A stretch of 52,845 bases of DNA, filler included, from Stramenopiles sp. TOSAG23-2 (Eukaryota), in the NCBI GenBank assembly GCA_900128395.1. It is 3 parts of 3 records of this genome, joined end to end, with 100 filler letters (N's around TTAATTAATTAA, not from the genome) between each part and the next. Parts side by side here need not be neighbours in the genome. Positions count along the whole stretch, not along the records: positions 1 to 17,565 come from LT649637.1; positions 17,666 to 35,222 come from LT649638.1; 1 more part is not named here. One strand, written 5' to 3'. The notes below the pieces were generated by a model. That model had not been told where the DNA came from. It ran no database searches and saw nothing but the letters and a program-made list of their open reading frames with translations. This document shows, in pieces, positions 9,301-19,899 of this stretch. A program made the position numbers and the translations under genes. Position 1 is the stretch's first letter. Each line of letters starts with the position of its first letter.

Positions 9301-12006
9301 ACTTTGGCAGCGTGTTACCACTACAATTAAATTTTTTCTTTCAAATCGCATTCGTTTTACTAATTGTCTGGCTAACCAACCACGAGTGTATCGCTGAATC
9401 GTTGGTATTGCCATATCATATCTCATCCTATTTCGTAACATTGTCCGATCTCTATTTCCACGGAAATGTGCTTGTATTACGGTTGCATATTTATCCCTGC
9501 GATATTTGACGGCATATTTTCTACCGCGGCTACCTCTCCAAATCCTTTGAATTTGTAATGCAGACATATCACTTTTATGTCGATTCCATTGACTTCGAAT
9601 GTATCTCATTTTTTTAACCCTTCTCTTCGCTCGTTTTATTCTATACGCACACTGGATGCAAATTGCCGCTTCTTCCTGTTTCTTTTTTGATGCTCCTTTT
9701 TTCATAGAAAATCTTCGTGATAAAGATTTTCCGAGTGATTTAGAATTTTTTTTCTCCAAATATTTTCGTTTTTTCTCTGCCAACTCTTCTTGGTGGTTTA
9801 TTTTTGCCATCAGCATTTCATGCGTTTTTATCTTCCCCCTTTTTCCTCTGTATATCGCTTGCAATTTTATAGCTATTCTTTCATATTCTTTTTCTTCTTC
9901 ACGTTGTAATTTTTCAAATCGTTTTCTTTTAAAAATTTTGCGTCCACAATATCCACGATAAACACGTTGAATATTAGTAGTATATTCATGACCAAGAAAT
10001 TTCATGCGGGACGAAGCACTATTTCTCCACCATCGCTGTAATATTCTGCTTGCTCCTTCTTTCTTAAAGCTGTATAACAAAACATATTCCTTGCTTTCTA
10101 ACAATTTTTCATGTGCTTCTCTTCGTTGAAGATGCCTTTCTCGCTTTGCGCGTTTTCTCCCTTTGTGTCCACGAAAACATTTTTCGATTTTTAAAGCTGC
10201 ATCTTCTCGTTGCTCTTTTCGATGTCGAAGCATGATGGTAAGCATTCTCGCTTTCTTTGCTCGCCAGGTACGCTGTATCATAATGACTGAATCGATTAGC
10301 TCTCGTTCAATTGCATATCTACGTCTACCAAGTAATCCTCTCCAATGTTTTTGAATCATTATTGCTGATAACCAACGTTTTCTTTCTAGCATGAATTCTT
10401 CAAAACGCAACTTTTCCTTATACACTTCACGCAACCACCATACCTTGATAAAACGTTTTCTTCCTTTATATCCACGCCAAACCCGTTGGATATCAATTGA
10501 TTTTCGTACTTTTTCATCTTTACGATGTAAACGTACATACCGTTTCCAATATCGTAAACCTTGAGACTCTAAGCCGTATGCCCAATTAGTTATTATTTTT
10601 CTAATTTTTGCTTTAACTTTTTTATCATATGCTCCTTTTAAACCAACTTCAAATAGGAAATCCATTGGCAAAGCGTTTCGAAGTTTTTCGATTTTATTTA
10701 CAACAGCATAATCTAAATTTCTTTTTTCTACACGTTCTTCTCTTTGTTCTTCACCGAGTTTATCTATAAGATCACGCTGCTCGATTAAAGAGTTCAGCAC
10801 AGACAATTCCTCCATGCGAGTAAAAAAATCGTATTTTTCTTCTTCTCGTTCATTGTTAGTTGCTATTTCCTGTTTTAATTTTGAATTTATTTGAGTTTTC
10901 CTTTTCTCTTTTTTTATATAATTTTGAACACGTTCATGTTGTTCATAAAAGGAGGAACCATCAATAAATGTTTCTATATTTGGAGCTGATGATGATGATG
11001 ATAATGTACTATTTCTTTTCATTATTGGTGTATTGTCTTGCAATACGTTCCAAGTAGATATCAAATCAATTTGTGGTGTAGATGTTTTGTCAGTATCGGA
11101 GATAACCTTTTGCTTTGGTTGAGTTTTATGTAACTTCGCATTTTTATATACATAGTCTGAGGAACCTTCATTGTTATTGTTCCATTGATATTTTTTGGTA
11201 GGAATTAAAGTTGATAATACTTTTTTCTCTAAATCTTTCTCAACAGGTCGTCTCGACTCGGGTGATATAAATCCTTCATTGTTATCCTCATCTTCAGCAT
11301 CTGCTTGCTTTGCTCTCAAAAATCCATAAAGGCTGCCATGTGAAGTATTGTTAACATTTTTGACGTCTATAGTTAAAATTTTTGCGAAAAAATCATCCCG
11401 ATACTTTTCTCTCTGAGCACGGAGTAAAGCTTCTTCAGCTTCCTCCTCAGAAGATGTTTTTGATGACTTAGACTTTTTTCCCTTCTTTTGTTTTTCAGCG
11501 AATGACTTTTTTGTTTCTAATATAATGCTTTCATTCGCCTCTAACATTGACAGAGCGTCAAATTTGTCATTAGTGAGACTATTTTCGAAATTATTATTAT
11601 TGTACGATGTTGGCATAGTTGAAGACGCTGCAATATGGTTTTGATAAGGAATACTATTATTATTTAAGTTGTATTTTGAAGGGACATTAGTATAAGAACT
11701 ACTAGTATTAATTGTTTGTGCTTTTGGTAGCGGTATATGTTGCAGCATCAATGAAGACGATTTCCCGTTTTTCCTAGGACTATTAGCATATTGCTTTGCT
11801 TTGTTTCCATTTCTTTTATTTACATTACGTTTCCCAGCATTTTTCGGTTTATTATTATTTTTTACATTGTTGGTTCTTTTACGATAATTATTACCGCGTA
11901 TATCAGGAAAAAGTGATAATTTGCGTAATATATGTTCATTTGCACCACCTTTCTCAACTTCTCCTAATAGAGTGGCTATGTCTTTTAAGTCAGTAATTCG
12001 CTCCAT
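6385..12006 (-). CDS. Large IQ calmodulin-binding repeat protein with B-box zinc fingers and WW domains
   Basis: 1873-aa ORF with more than 15 IQxxxRGxxxR-type motifs, tandem B-box-like CxxC..CxxCDDFYCxxCFxxxH units, and WW-like segments (LPYWHNP, WELVPDD..EYWYNNETGESNYDDP, WQEAYDDDGNVYYYNSNGETTYDYPW). In-frame TAA lies just upstream of ATG 12006. Confidence 0.9.
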   Translation of the reverse strand: MERITDLKDIATLLGEVEKGGANEHILRKLSLFPDIRGNNYRKRTNNVKNNNKPKNAGKRNVNKRNGNKAKQYANSPRKNGKSSSLMLQHIPLPKAQTINTSSSYTNVPSKYNLNNNSIPYQNHIAASSTMPTSYNNNNFENSLTNDKFDALSMLEANESIILETKKSFAEKQKKGKKSKSSKTSSEEEAEEALLRAQREKYRDDFFAKILTIDVKNVNNTSHGSLYGFLRAKQADAEDEDNNEGFISPESRRPVEKDLEKKVLSTLIPTKKYQWNNNNEGSSDYVYKNAKLHKTQPKQKVISDTDKTSTPQIDLISTWNVLQDNTPIMKRNSTLSSSSSAPNIETFIDGSSFYEQHERVQNYIKKEKRKTQINSKLKQEIATNNEREEEKYDFFTRMEELSVLNSLIEQRDLIDKLGEEQREERVEKRNLDYAVVNKIEKLRNALPMDFLFEVGLKGAYDKKVKAKIRKIITNWAYGLESQGLRYWKRYVRLHRKDEKVRKSIDIQRVWRGYKGRKRFIKVWWLREVYKEKLRFEEFMLERKRWLSAIMIQKHWRGLLGRRRYAIERELIDSVIMIQRTWRAKKARMLTIMLRHRKEQREDAALKIEKCFRGHKGRKRAKRERHLQRREAHEKLLESKEYVLLYSFKKEGASRILQRWWRNSASSRMKFLGHEYTTNIQRVYRGYCGRKIFKRKRFEKLQREEEKEYERIAIKLQAIYRGKRGKIKTHEMLMAKINHQEELAEKKRKYLEKKNSKSLGKSLSRRFSMKKGASKKKQEEAAICIQCAYRIKRAKRRVKKMRYIRSQWNRHKSDMSALQIQRIWRGSRGRKYAVKYRRDKYATVIQAHFRGNRDRTMLRNRMRYDMAIPTIQRYTRGWLARQLVKRMRFERKNLIVVVTRCQSIVRQYIGRHKAERQREFMHAKFEIKTFVTQRFAEAMIYECDRMILRLGFPISSKHLKILERKVADPGCSTSAEAYRLCEPLRDLYLFYSKPASSMESMKFLNAVKQMSGLIESKKKKSKKQKKHAFKTGGRAVNAMEVDLSFAKAIGIAKKQAEEEALKQSKQRGPAKKKIVKGVSFQGFCIALSLLADIRYAIRNEKGTITDYYVKNYRFHTGQRARFFKLIDEHVLAGTSKKLPGFKYRKKLDKYLKGRANWAANRIQRCVRGFWGRSLFAITKRNYHIHKENQIKGKKLACLQRRWRRRQARRLLIEKYRNTVKKYIDPVSKLPYWHNPKCNSVRWKKIKWLRRGIDVRTVIELPDPDIEFVKLCDQCNDLTVSFYCVDCDDFYCKNCFDSFHSKGKRKSHAKFPIECCVECEYQIGSRECHQCGDFYCDTCYWKAHSQGALMQHTCEPLIPLCKSCEDQEKANAVRVDCGGDQMCKRCYNSWYYPQGYECYELPLETRSMREFREKLLRDREAEREKEEKIKREKREERWRVIEAVKKIQGLYRMKKARRLWYPVILNAQEARIARERREGKANAVKGSMRYKMLSFLGRGDVLETDSHEERVRKLIPLELYESELREKFEWLTEEDIEKSKYVGERLTGLAKTQADAKKTAEMLKAAMNGENAELVKQKSIEAAKLTAKLTGKVAAKILGVEEGKIGEAAVRNAKKARKNAINKLIDRRKGLNESIGEGLKDLSRSMRLAGIGGRLADFVAEKGSAARKKARKIERGQIRQIKFDKRLKAKLQERADLREKDAQWELVPDDGYGTGEYWYNNETGESNYDDPRTFGDEPDDMDDIKEEVEEEMTEEDSDAEDSSEEEEEEASSDDDEKPAEKDSKWKVEYDDENTPYYYTNDGESTYTKPDDYDGPDENAANATAAVEGGNDSGWESSYDNYGGGNGANDWQEAYDDDGNVYYYNSNGETTYDYPW

Positions 12007-12224
12007 AGGTTCGGCTTCTGAAAGTTGAACTTTCTCCGTGATTTAGTGAAAGTTTGCTTCGTTTGTGTATGTATATATATATATATAGTATGTGTGTGTG
12101 TGTGTGTATAATAATAATAGAAGTTCATAACGTACATGTTTGTTGGTTTTTTTTTGGTTTTTTTTTTGTTGTTGTGAACAGTGAAATACCACCAGGTTAG
12201 TTTTCCTTGTCAGGGTACCAGGTA

Positions 12225-12312
12225 CTGGCAAGCCTGGCAAGCCAGCAAGCCTAGTTTGCTATATAAGGCTTGCCAGGCTTGCTGGGCTTGCCAGCTTGCC
12301 AGGCGTGCCAGG
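12225..12312. promoter_or_regulatory. GC-rich inverted array of (CTG)GCAAGC units flanking a TATA-like core
   Basis: Left arm ctggcaagc-ctggcaagc-cagcaagcct, spacer agtttgctatata, right arm aggcttgccag-gcttgctgg-gcttgccag-cttgccagg. About 220 bp upstream of the IQ gene start. Function is inferred only. Confidence 0.45.
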
Positions 12313-12609
12313 TTGCTTATTTGTTCTTATACATTTTTTACTGTCTACTGCTAAAGTCAGTATTAATACCTACGAAGTAGTATACTAGTGTTTATAATAG
12401 CAGCTTTAGTGTATTAAATTTTTGGATTTAAGTCTGTAACCTGTAACCTGTATCCTGCCTGGACGTTTGCACGTTGTTTGGACGAGTAGAGTACGAGGAG
12501 ACGAGGACGCGAATATCGAGTATCGAGTATTATATATGCACTATGTTAATATCGTATACTAAGATCTACAAACAGTAAAATTACTGTACGTATTACGAAA
12601 AAAAGATTT

Positions 12610-14103
12610 TTACACATTATTGCCATCATCACTCTTGGCATCATTCTCGCTTATTAAAGATGTCTTTAAATTGTTTCCACGAACATTTCTTTCTCCTGGT
12701 TGCCTTTTTTTAGTTAACCATCGAAATGATACTAACCCTCCTATAAGACAAGCTACACACACACATAAAGTGATATAAAATAAAACTTCATATAATGGAT
12801 TCTGTTCATACGTAAAACTCAAATTATTAGCTTCAACCATCATTGCCCCTAACGACCATGTCACCTCAGACCCTAATATATCACTATAAATCTCTATTGG
12901 GGTATCTGTTGCATCCATATGATATCCACTATATAATAAATGGTATACATAGGCAACATTGAAACATTGGTTTTGCTGATTATAAGATGGGTTTGTTTCT
13001 TTTTGTTCAGCAAATGTTTTTTTACATACAGATTTAGCTTCATTAAGCAATGTATCTAAATTATCACTATTGACACCAGTTGCTAATTTTAAGAAAGACC
13101 ATGTGTAATAAAATGCAGACATGCCAATAAATTTTTTACCGTCTTGAATGGATGGCTGGTAAATTCCATTGAACGAGCAGCGCCGCTGAGCATTTTGATC
13201 GCTGTAATAACAAGATGCGTTGAAATCAAATAAGTCAAGTGTTTTGGACAAACATGTATTCCAGTCGCTTGTTCCATGGAATCCATTATCATTGTAACCT
13301 TTTGGATAGCATGGATTAGGTACATTTTTATTCGTTTTACCATCTGCTATTAATTTCTCATTGAATCTAGATATGGCCTCATTTACACCATAATATAAAA
13401 AACTATGTGTATATATTTGATAATCAACTTTGCTTGATATATGAACTGGGAACATATTGGCTAATATAGATTCTATTGGTGTAAATGAAATTTGTGTTGA
13501 TGCACCACCTAAATCTAACGCACCATATGTTTTTTCACTATCACCAGTATTCAACGTATTTTTCAAATAGTTAGCTGCTATCCAACCATATGTACCTTCC
13601 TCTTCCCCTGAAATAATTCTTGCCCATTTATCTTTGAAATGAAATCCTGAACTTTTTAACGTAGAACGTATGCTATCAAAGATTAAATTAGATTTTTCAG
13701 GCGCCAATACTCGCATACCCGCAGTCGCACCAAGATAAATTGGTACTGTTTTCAAATCAACAGCTGCTGGTATTGCTGCTTTTGCTGCTGTTAATAATGG
13801 GTTGAGTGATGGTCCAGCTCCAGTTGGGTTATCAACAAAAGCTGAAATACCTGGCTTAATTTTTTTATTTATTACAGGTGATTTATACACTTCTGTGATT
13901 GGAATAGGCAATGATTTAAAATTTCTTTTTGGCCATTGATATACGTAAATTCTACTACCACTAGAACCAGCGTCGATGACACAGCCATAACCAACATTCT
14001 TATCACTTACATCATTTCCAGACACAGTTGCATGTTTTGCAATAGATAAGTGTACTGTAAATAATGCTACTATTGTTGTAAATATAAATGTTTTAATATT
14101 CAT
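12610..14103 (-). CDS. Apyrase / ectonucleoside triphosphate diphosphohydrolase (GDA1/CD39 family)
   Basis: Apyrase conserved regions [46 protein letters not shown] and WSLG; N-terminal signal peptide; C-terminal TM helix. Confidence 0.95.
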   Translation of the reverse strand: MNIKTFIFTTIVALFTVHLSIAKHATVSGNDVSDKNVGYGCVIDAGSSGSRIYVYQWPKRNFKSLPIPITEVYKSPVINKKIKPGISAFVDNPTGAGPSLNPLLTAAKAAIPAAVDLKTVPIYLGATAGMRVLAPEKSNLIFDSIRSTLKSSGFHFKDKWARIISGEEEGTYGWIAANYLKNTLNTGDSEKTYGALDLGGASTQISFTPIESILANMFPVHISSKVDYQIYTHSFLYYGVNEAISRFNEKLIADGKTNKNVPNPCYPKGYNDNGFHGTSDWNTCLSKTLDLFDFNASCYYSDQNAQRRCSFNGIYQPSIQDGKKFIGMSAFYYTWSFLKLATGVNSDNLDTLLNEAKSVCKKTFAEQKETNPSYNQQNQCFNVAYVYHLLYSGYHMDATDTPIEIYSDILGSEVTWSLGAMMVEANNLSFTYEQNPLYEVLFYITLCVCVACLIGGLVSFRWLTKKRQPGERNVRGNNLKTSLISENDAKSDDGNNV

Positions 14104-16800
14104 TCACAAAAGCAACATCGTGCATTTTCATCCGCATCATCAGCAACATTTCAAGCGGATTACGAAGCACATGTAGCTGACAGAGCAGCTCAAGGTATCG
14201 TGCCATTACCATTAAATGCACAACAAGTTGCTGATTTAGTAGAATTATTAAAAGAACCAGGTAGTACAGATACTGCATTTTTAATTGATTTATTGGAAAA
14301 TCGCATTCCACCAGGTGTTGATGAAGCTGCATACGTCAAAGCTACCTTCTTAGCAGCAATTACCACTGGTGAAGCAACCTCACCATTAGTTTCTAAAAAA
14401 CGTGCTGCAGAATTGCTTGGTACAATGCAAGGTGGTTATAATATTGAACCACTTATTAACTTGTTGGACAGTGATGATACGGAGTTATGTGAAACTGCTG
14501 CTGCACAATTATCAGATACATTGTTAATGTTTGATGCATTTTATGATGTTGAAGAGAAAATGAAAGCAGGCAATACATATGCTAAGCAAGTCATGGAATC
14601 CTGGGCTAATGCGGAATGGTTTTTAAAGAAACCAAAAGTTGCTGAAAAAATCACTGTAACTGTATTTAAAGTAACTGGTGAGACAAATACGGATGATTTA
14701 TCTCCAGCACCAGATGCATGGAGTCGTCCAGACATTCCATTACATGCATTGGCTATGTTAAAAATTGGACGTGATGGCATCAATCCAGATGTAGAAGGGT
14801 CATGTGGTCCAATTAAACAAATGGATGCATTAAAAGAGAAAGGCTTTCCATTGGCATATGTTGGTGATGTTGTAGGTACAGGATCATCCCGTAAAAGTGC
14901 AACAAATAGTGTATTATGGTTCATGGGGGATGATATCCCATATGTACCAAATAAACGTGCTGGTGGTGTATGCATTGGTGACAAAATTGCACCTATTTTT
15001 TATAATACCATGGAAGATAGTGGTGCATTACCGTTGGAGTTTGACGTAACAAATCTCAATACGGGTGATGTTATTGATATTTATCCATATGAAGGTGTTA
15101 CGAAGAGACATGGTACGGATGAAGTTGTTTGCGAATGGTCATTAAAAACTGAAGTGTTATTAGATGAAGTGCAAGCTGGTGGACGTATTCCATTGATCGT
15201 TGGACGTGGTTTGACACAACGTGCACGTGATGCACTAGGCATGGGTGCAACTGATATTTTCAGAATCCCAACAAGTGAAACAGCAAGTGCTGAGCAAGGT
15301 TTTACATTGGCGCAAAAAATGGTTGGCCGTGCATGTGGCTTACCAGAAGGTCAAGGTGTATTGCCAGGATCATATTGCGAACCTAAAATGACTACAGTTG
15401 GTTCACAAGATACGACTGGTCCTATGACTAGGGACGAATTGAAAGATTTAGCATGTCTTGGATTTAGCGCTGATTTAGTTATGCAATCATTTTGCCACAC
15501 CGCTGCTTATCCTAAACCTGTTGATGTAACAACACATGGTACTTTGCCAGATTTTATCCGTACAAGAGGCGGTGTTAGTTTAAGACCTGGTGATGGTATT
15601 ATCCATTCCTGGTTGAACCGAATGTTGTTGCCAGATACAGTAGGAACTGGTGGTGATTCCCATACCCGTTTCCCAGTAGGTATTTCTTTCCCAGCTGGTA
15701 GTGGATTGGTTGCCTTCGCAGGTGCAACTGGTGTCATGCCATTGGATATGCCTGAGAGTGTATTGGTACGCTTTAGTGGAGAAATGCAACCAGGTATTAC
15801 TCTTCGTGATTTAGTGCATGCAATTCCTTTACAAGCTATTAAGGAAGGCCATTTAACAGTTGCTAAGGAAGGTAAGAAAAACATTTTCAGTGGACGTGTA
15901 TTAGAAATTGAAGGTCTAGGTCACTTAAAATGCGAGCAAGCATTTGAATTATCAGACGCAAGTGCTGAACGTAGTGCTGCTGGTTGTACTATTAAATTGG
16001 ACAAAGAGCCTATTGCTGAATATTTAACTTCAAATATTACAATGTTGAAGTGGATGATTGCAGAAGGATATGGAGATCCACGTACAATTGAGCGAAGAAT
16101 TGCAAATATGGAAGCATGGTTAGAAGCACCTGACTTGTTGGAAGCTGACAATAATGCTGAATATGCATGTGTAATCGATATTGATTTGAATGAATTAAAA
16201 GAACCTGTATTATGTTGCCCTAATGATCCAGATGATGCATGCTTGTTAAGTGAAAGGGAAGGAGAAAAAATTGATGAAGTTTTTATTGGATCATGCATGA
16301 CTAATATTGGTCACTTCCGTGCTGCTGGTGAATTGTTAAAAGAACATGGTAAACAATTGCCAACCAGACTATGGGTCGCACCACCAACAAAGATGGATGC
16401 AGCTCAATTGACTGATGAAGGTTACTATGCTACATTTGGTTCTGTTGGTGCAAGAACGGAGATGCCTGGTTGTTCATTATGTATGGGAAATCAAGCACGT
16501 GTTGCAGATAAATCAACGGTCGTATCCACATCTACCAGAAATTTCCCAAATCGTTTAGGTGCAGGTGCAAATGTATATTTAGCATCTGCTGAAGTGGCAG
16601 CTGTTGCATCTATATTAGGTAGATTGCCAACACCTGATGAATATTTGGAATATTCCAGCACTATTGATTCCAATAGCTCCGAAATTTATAAATATTTAAA
16701 TTTTGATCAAGTACCAAGTTTTGTTGAGAGTGCAAGTAATGTTGAAATTTCAGAAGAAATGTTAGAAGCAGCAAGAAAATTAAAAGGTAAAATGTTGTAA
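14101..16800 (+). CDS. acnB: Bacterial-type aconitate hydratase 2 (AcnB) with a remnant of a mitochondrial presequence; start codon not visible
   Basis: N-terminal [112 protein letters not shown]. The frame extends upstream of ORF-track position 14200 as [20 protein letters not shown]; stop at 14062 and no ATG in between. Confidence 0.95.
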   Translation, partial: HSQKQHRAFSSASSATFQADYEAHVADRAAQGIVPLPLNAQQVADLVELLKEPGSTDTAFLIDLLENRIPPGVDEAAYVKATFLAAITTGEATSPLVSKKRAAELLGTMQGGYNIEPLINLLDSDDTELCETAAAQLSDTLLMFDAFYDVEEKMKAGNTYAKQVMESWANAEWFLKKPKVAEKITVTVFKVTGETNTDDLSPAPDAWSRPDIPLHALAMLKIGRDGINPDVEGSCGPIKQMDALKEKGFPLAYVGDVVGTGSSRKSATNSVLWFMGDDIPYVPNKRAGGVCIGDKIAPIFYNTMEDSGALPLEFDVTNLNTGDVIDIYPYEGVTKRHGTDEVVCEWSLKTEVLLDEVQAGGRIPLIVGRGLTQRARDALGMGATDIFRIPTSETASAEQGFTLAQKMVGRACGLPEGQGVLPGSYCEPKMTTVGSQDTTGPMTRDELKDLACLGFSADLVMQSFCHTAAYPKPVDVTTHGTLPDFIRTRGGVSLRPGDGIIHSWLNRMLLPDTVGTGGDSHTRFPVGISFPAGSGLVAFAGATGVMPLDMPESVLVRFSGEMQPGITLRDLVHAIPLQAIKEGHLTVAKEGKKNIFSGRVLEIEGLGHLKCEQAFELSDASAERSAAGCTIKLDKEPIAEYLTSNITMLKWMIAEGYGDPRTIERRIANMEAWLEAPDLLEADNNAEYACVIDIDLNELKEPVLCCPNDPDDACLLSEREGEKIDEVFIGSCMTNIGHFRAAGELLKEHGKQLPTRLWVAPPTKMDAAQLTDEGYYATFGSVGARTEMPGCSLCMGNQARVADKSTVVSTSTRNFPNRLGAGANVYLASAEVAAVASILGRLPTPDEYLEYSSTIDSNSSEIYKYLNFDQVPSFVESASNVEISEEMLEAARKLKGKML

Positions 16801-17103
16801 AAATGATAATATATGTTTGTGATGACGAATTAAAGGGAGAAAGAGTAAAAATGCAAAACAAACAAAAACGTGCCCCAGCGGGGATTAATTATTAAAAATA
16901 GAGAGGAAAGAATGCTAAAAAAGTACGAATATTTTCTTAATTTTTTTTAATTTTTTTCAAAAGGTATATAATTTAATTTACGCATAATTTATTATTATAT
17001 ATATATTTAAAATTTATTTAATATGATGTGTTTTATATATACCACCAGTGGTACATCATTGTTCGCGTATTGTTCGAGTAATACTTCGTAAATCGTATTT
17101 AAA

Positions 17104-17565
17104 TTAAAATTCCAAGGGCAAAGTTGGTTTCGGTGCACGATTATAATATACTGTCCGTGTTAATTTTGCCCTACTTTTACTATTTTCACAAGTAACAACT
17201 TGATGCATAACATCATCATTATCCTCTAAAACAATTCGTACGTCTCTTACTGTGATACGACCAACTTGCGTTGGTATCGTTGATTCTGTCACTAACTCCC
17301 CAGCATCGCCAGCTTTTACTACCATTCTTTTCTCTCCTAATTTTTTTAATGTACTTGTAACTGTTTCGTTTACTTTAAATTTATCTAAACGTCCGTTTAA
17401 TAGTCTTGAATGCCTTTCTGTAGCAACACTGCGTCCGCCTGATTTGATTAAAATACTAATATAAGTTGGATGTGCATCGTGTGCTTTTACACCAGCACTT
17501 ATAGCTATATCGGGTAATCCCATAAATTTCAAATATGCTGCTGGTGATTCAGATTTTTCTTTAAG
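17104..17565 (-). CDS. Fatty-acid-binding protein / calycin-like, 5'-truncated at the contig end
   Basis: Open to the N linker. REKSESPAAYLKFMGL resembles the FABP SENFDEYMKALGV motif, followed by beta-strand pattern and terminal TRTVYYNR. Confidence 0.55.
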   Translation of the reverse strand, partial: LKEKSESPAAYLKFMGLPDIAISAGVKAHDAHPTYISILIKSGGRSVATERHSRLLNGRLDKFKVNETVTSTLKKLGEKRMVVKAGDAGELVTESTIPTQVGRITVRDVRIVLEDNDDVMHQVVTCENSKSRAKLTRTVYYNRAPKPTLPLEF

Positions 17566-17665
17566 NNNNNNNNNNNNNNNNNNNNNNNNNNNNNNNNNNN
17601 NNNNNNNNNTTAATTAATTAANNNNNNNNNNNNNNNNNNNNNNNNNNNNNNNNNNNNNNNNNNNN
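17566..17665. other. Artificial contig-joining linker (44N + TTAATTAATTAA + 44N)
   Basis: The 12-mer gives stops in all six frames; an identical linker is at 35223-35322. Confidence 0.97.
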
Positions 17666-17934
17666 TAAAGATACGATAGACATAGTATTACCATCTTAAT
17701 ACAGGCACACAGCAGAGGATAAATATACGATCGACATAGAACTACCATTTTTAATACAGGCACACAGCAGGAGGATCAATGAGATTTCCATCAATATACG
17801 ATAGACATAGCATTACCATCTTAATACAGGCACACAGCAGAGGATCAAATATACGATCGACATAGCATTACCATTCAATACAGGCACACAGCAGGATCAA
17901 TGAGATTTCCATAAATATACGATAGACATAGCAT
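17666..17934 (+). repeat. Minisatellite with ~55-bp monomer arranged as an alternating short/long dimer (about 120-127 bp), about 4.4 monomers visible
   Basis: Consensus AAATATACGAT(A/C)GACATAGCATTACCATCTTAATACAGGCACACAGCAGAGGATC. Every second unit has GATCGAC and an added AATGAGATTTCCAT. Confidence 0.9.
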
Positions 17935-18210
17935 GGAGAATATGTGATGGCCAGTGATTTCCACACACTCTTTGCTAAAAAACTCTTAAAAATAACACTA
18001 CACATTATTGATAACGTCCTCCACTCGCTTCTCAGCACCTCATTTCCATTTGGATTGCTCTAGTTTTTCATTAAAATAACACTACACACTATTGATAAAA
18101 TAGATACATTTTAAAACATATATATACATAAAAAACAAATACACACGTTGTTAACAGAGATACATATGTACGAAAGAAACAATTGTAACAAAGTATAATT
18201 TTATAATATA

Positions 18211-18424
18211 ATAATAATAACAACAATATAAAACAAACAAAAGAACAAAGATGGCAAAACGTGGACGTGCAGGTGCAGCTGGTAATAAATACCGTATGAC
18301 ATTAGGTTTACCAATGGATAATAATAACAACAATATAAAACAAACAAAAGAACAAAGATGGCAAAACGTGGACGTGCAGGTGCAGCTGGTAATAAATACC
18401 GTATGACATTAGGTTTACCAATGG
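18211..18424 (+). repeat. 107-bp tandem duplication of the RPL23 5' UTR and first ~22 codons
   Basis: ATG at 18251 and 18358; copies appear identical. Confidence 0.9.
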
Positions 18425-18780
18425 GTGCTACTATTAATTGTGCTGATAATACAGGGGCTAAAAATTTATATATAGTCGCTGTTAAAGGTATAGGTGGTGT
18501 ATTAAATCGTTTACCACAAGCTGGTGTTGGTGACATGATCATGGCTAGTGTTAAGAAAGGTAAACCAGATCTTCGTAAAAAAATGCATCCAGCTGTTATT
18601 GTCAGACAACGTAAAGCATGGAGAAGGAAAAGTGGTTTATTTCTTTATTTTGAAGATAATGCAGGTGTTATTGTGAACAATAAAGGTGAAATGAAAGGAA
18701 GTGCTGTAACTGGTCCAGTTGGAAAAGAATGTGCTGATTTATGGCCTAAAATTGCTAGTGCAGCTGGTTCTATTTTGTAA
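18358..18780 (+). CDS. RPL23: 60S ribosomal protein L23 (uL14), intronless
   Basis: [38 protein letters not shown]...[38 protein letters not shown]. Confidence 0.98.
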   Translation: MAKRGRAGAAGNKYRMTLGLPMGATINCADNTGAKNLYIVAVKGIGGVLNRLPQAGVGDMIMASVKKGKPDLRKKMHPAVIVRQRKAWRRKSGLFLYFEDNAGVIVNNKGEMKGSAVTGPVGKECADLWPKIASAAGSIL

Positions 18781-19011
18781 GGTTTTAGTAGTAGTAGTAG
18801 TAGTAGTAGTAGCAATAGAACACCAATATTAGTAATCAAGAATATATATATATATATATATACATATTATATATATATGATTTATGGCCTAAAATTGCTA
18901 GTGCAGCTGGTTCTATTTTGTAAGGTTTTAGTAGTAGTAGTAGTAGTAGTAGTAGCAATAGAACATCAATATTAGTAATCAAGAATATATATATATATAT
19001 ATACATATTAT
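18735..19011 (+). repeat. About 143-bp tandem duplication of the RPL23 3' end and UTR
   Basis: Starts at 18735 and 18878; copies differ in (AGT)n length and AACACC vs AACATC. Confidence 0.9.
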
Positions 19012-19240
19012 GTATATAATAGGTTAGAAAAGTTAAATGCGTGTATACACGTTTACATTGGATAGGATGATTATTCAAGTTTTTGTACATACACCACACG
19101 TTGTATTATTCTTTTTTACAAAAGTAATATAGATCAGTGTAGTATTTTAGTGTGTGTGTGTGTAGTTTTCATTTTATTACACTCATGCGCACGGTATATC
19201 ATCGAAGAAGAGTGTGTATACATTATATATATATATGTAT

Positions 19241-19374
19241 GTATTGTAAAATTCAGCTTTAACAACTTGTTATATATATTTTTAGTAAAATTTTATAAAA
19301 ACATTTTGTATTGTAAAATTCAGCTTTAACAACTTGTTATATATATTTTTAGTAAAATTTTATAAAAACATTTT
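19241..19374 (+). repeat. 67-bp tandem duplication
   Basis: GTATTGTAAAATTCAGCTTTAACAACTTG...AAACATTTT occurs twice. Confidence 0.9.
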
Positions 19375-19713
19375 TCTACACACCACCAGTCATACAAACA
19401 ATATCTATACACTTTTAGAAGACGCGACCACACGTTCCGATAAGATCGAAAGTCGAAAGTCGAAAAGGGATTGAAATATTATATATATAATTTTATATAA
19501 GTAGAGGGGAGACGGATCATGCTGTAAAAAATCCTTTCTACGAAGCACGACAAAGCGTGTGTACACTAGATATACACACTCTTACGCGCTACTAACTACT
19601 AACGCTAAAAGCTAAAAAAAATACGAATCGTGTACTACATTCATTTTTTATAAAACACAAAAAGACACCCCTCTACACTCTAGATCGAAGCCCCTGTTAA
19701 AAAAAAACACGCT

Positions 19714-19899
19714 TCATATCAACCTTTCACTTTCTGATCATCGTCTTTAAACATATTTTCATTTTCAGCTTGTTTTTCATGATTTTCATCATCAGCATCA
19801 TGTATATCATATCAACCTTTCACTTTCTGATCATCGTCTTTAAACATATTTTCATTTTCAGCTTGTTTTTCATGATTTTCATCATCAGCATCATGTATA
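19714..19899 (+). repeat. 93-bp tandem duplication of the 3' end of the 19812-23474 gene
   Basis: TCATATCAACCTTTCAC...GCATCATGTATA at 19714 and 19807. Confidence 0.9.

Noticed and set aside
17566..17665. TTAATTAATTAA palindrome within N runs (also 35223-35322) as a biological site
   Set aside because: Identical 100-nt construct at both places with stops in all six frames; an artificial contig spacer.
17666..17934. CRISPR-like array
   Set aside because: No unique spacers (the extra segment is the same each time), no cas genes, eukaryotic context.
17987..18098. About 27-bp direct repeat (TAAAATAACACTACACAyTATTGATAA) as LTR or att site
   Set aside because: Only two AT-rich copies about 85 bp apart with nothing mobile between them.
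18251..18357. Upstream mini-ORF or second RPL23 copy
   Set aside because: Exact 107-bp duplicate of the gene start, one of many probable assembly duplications.
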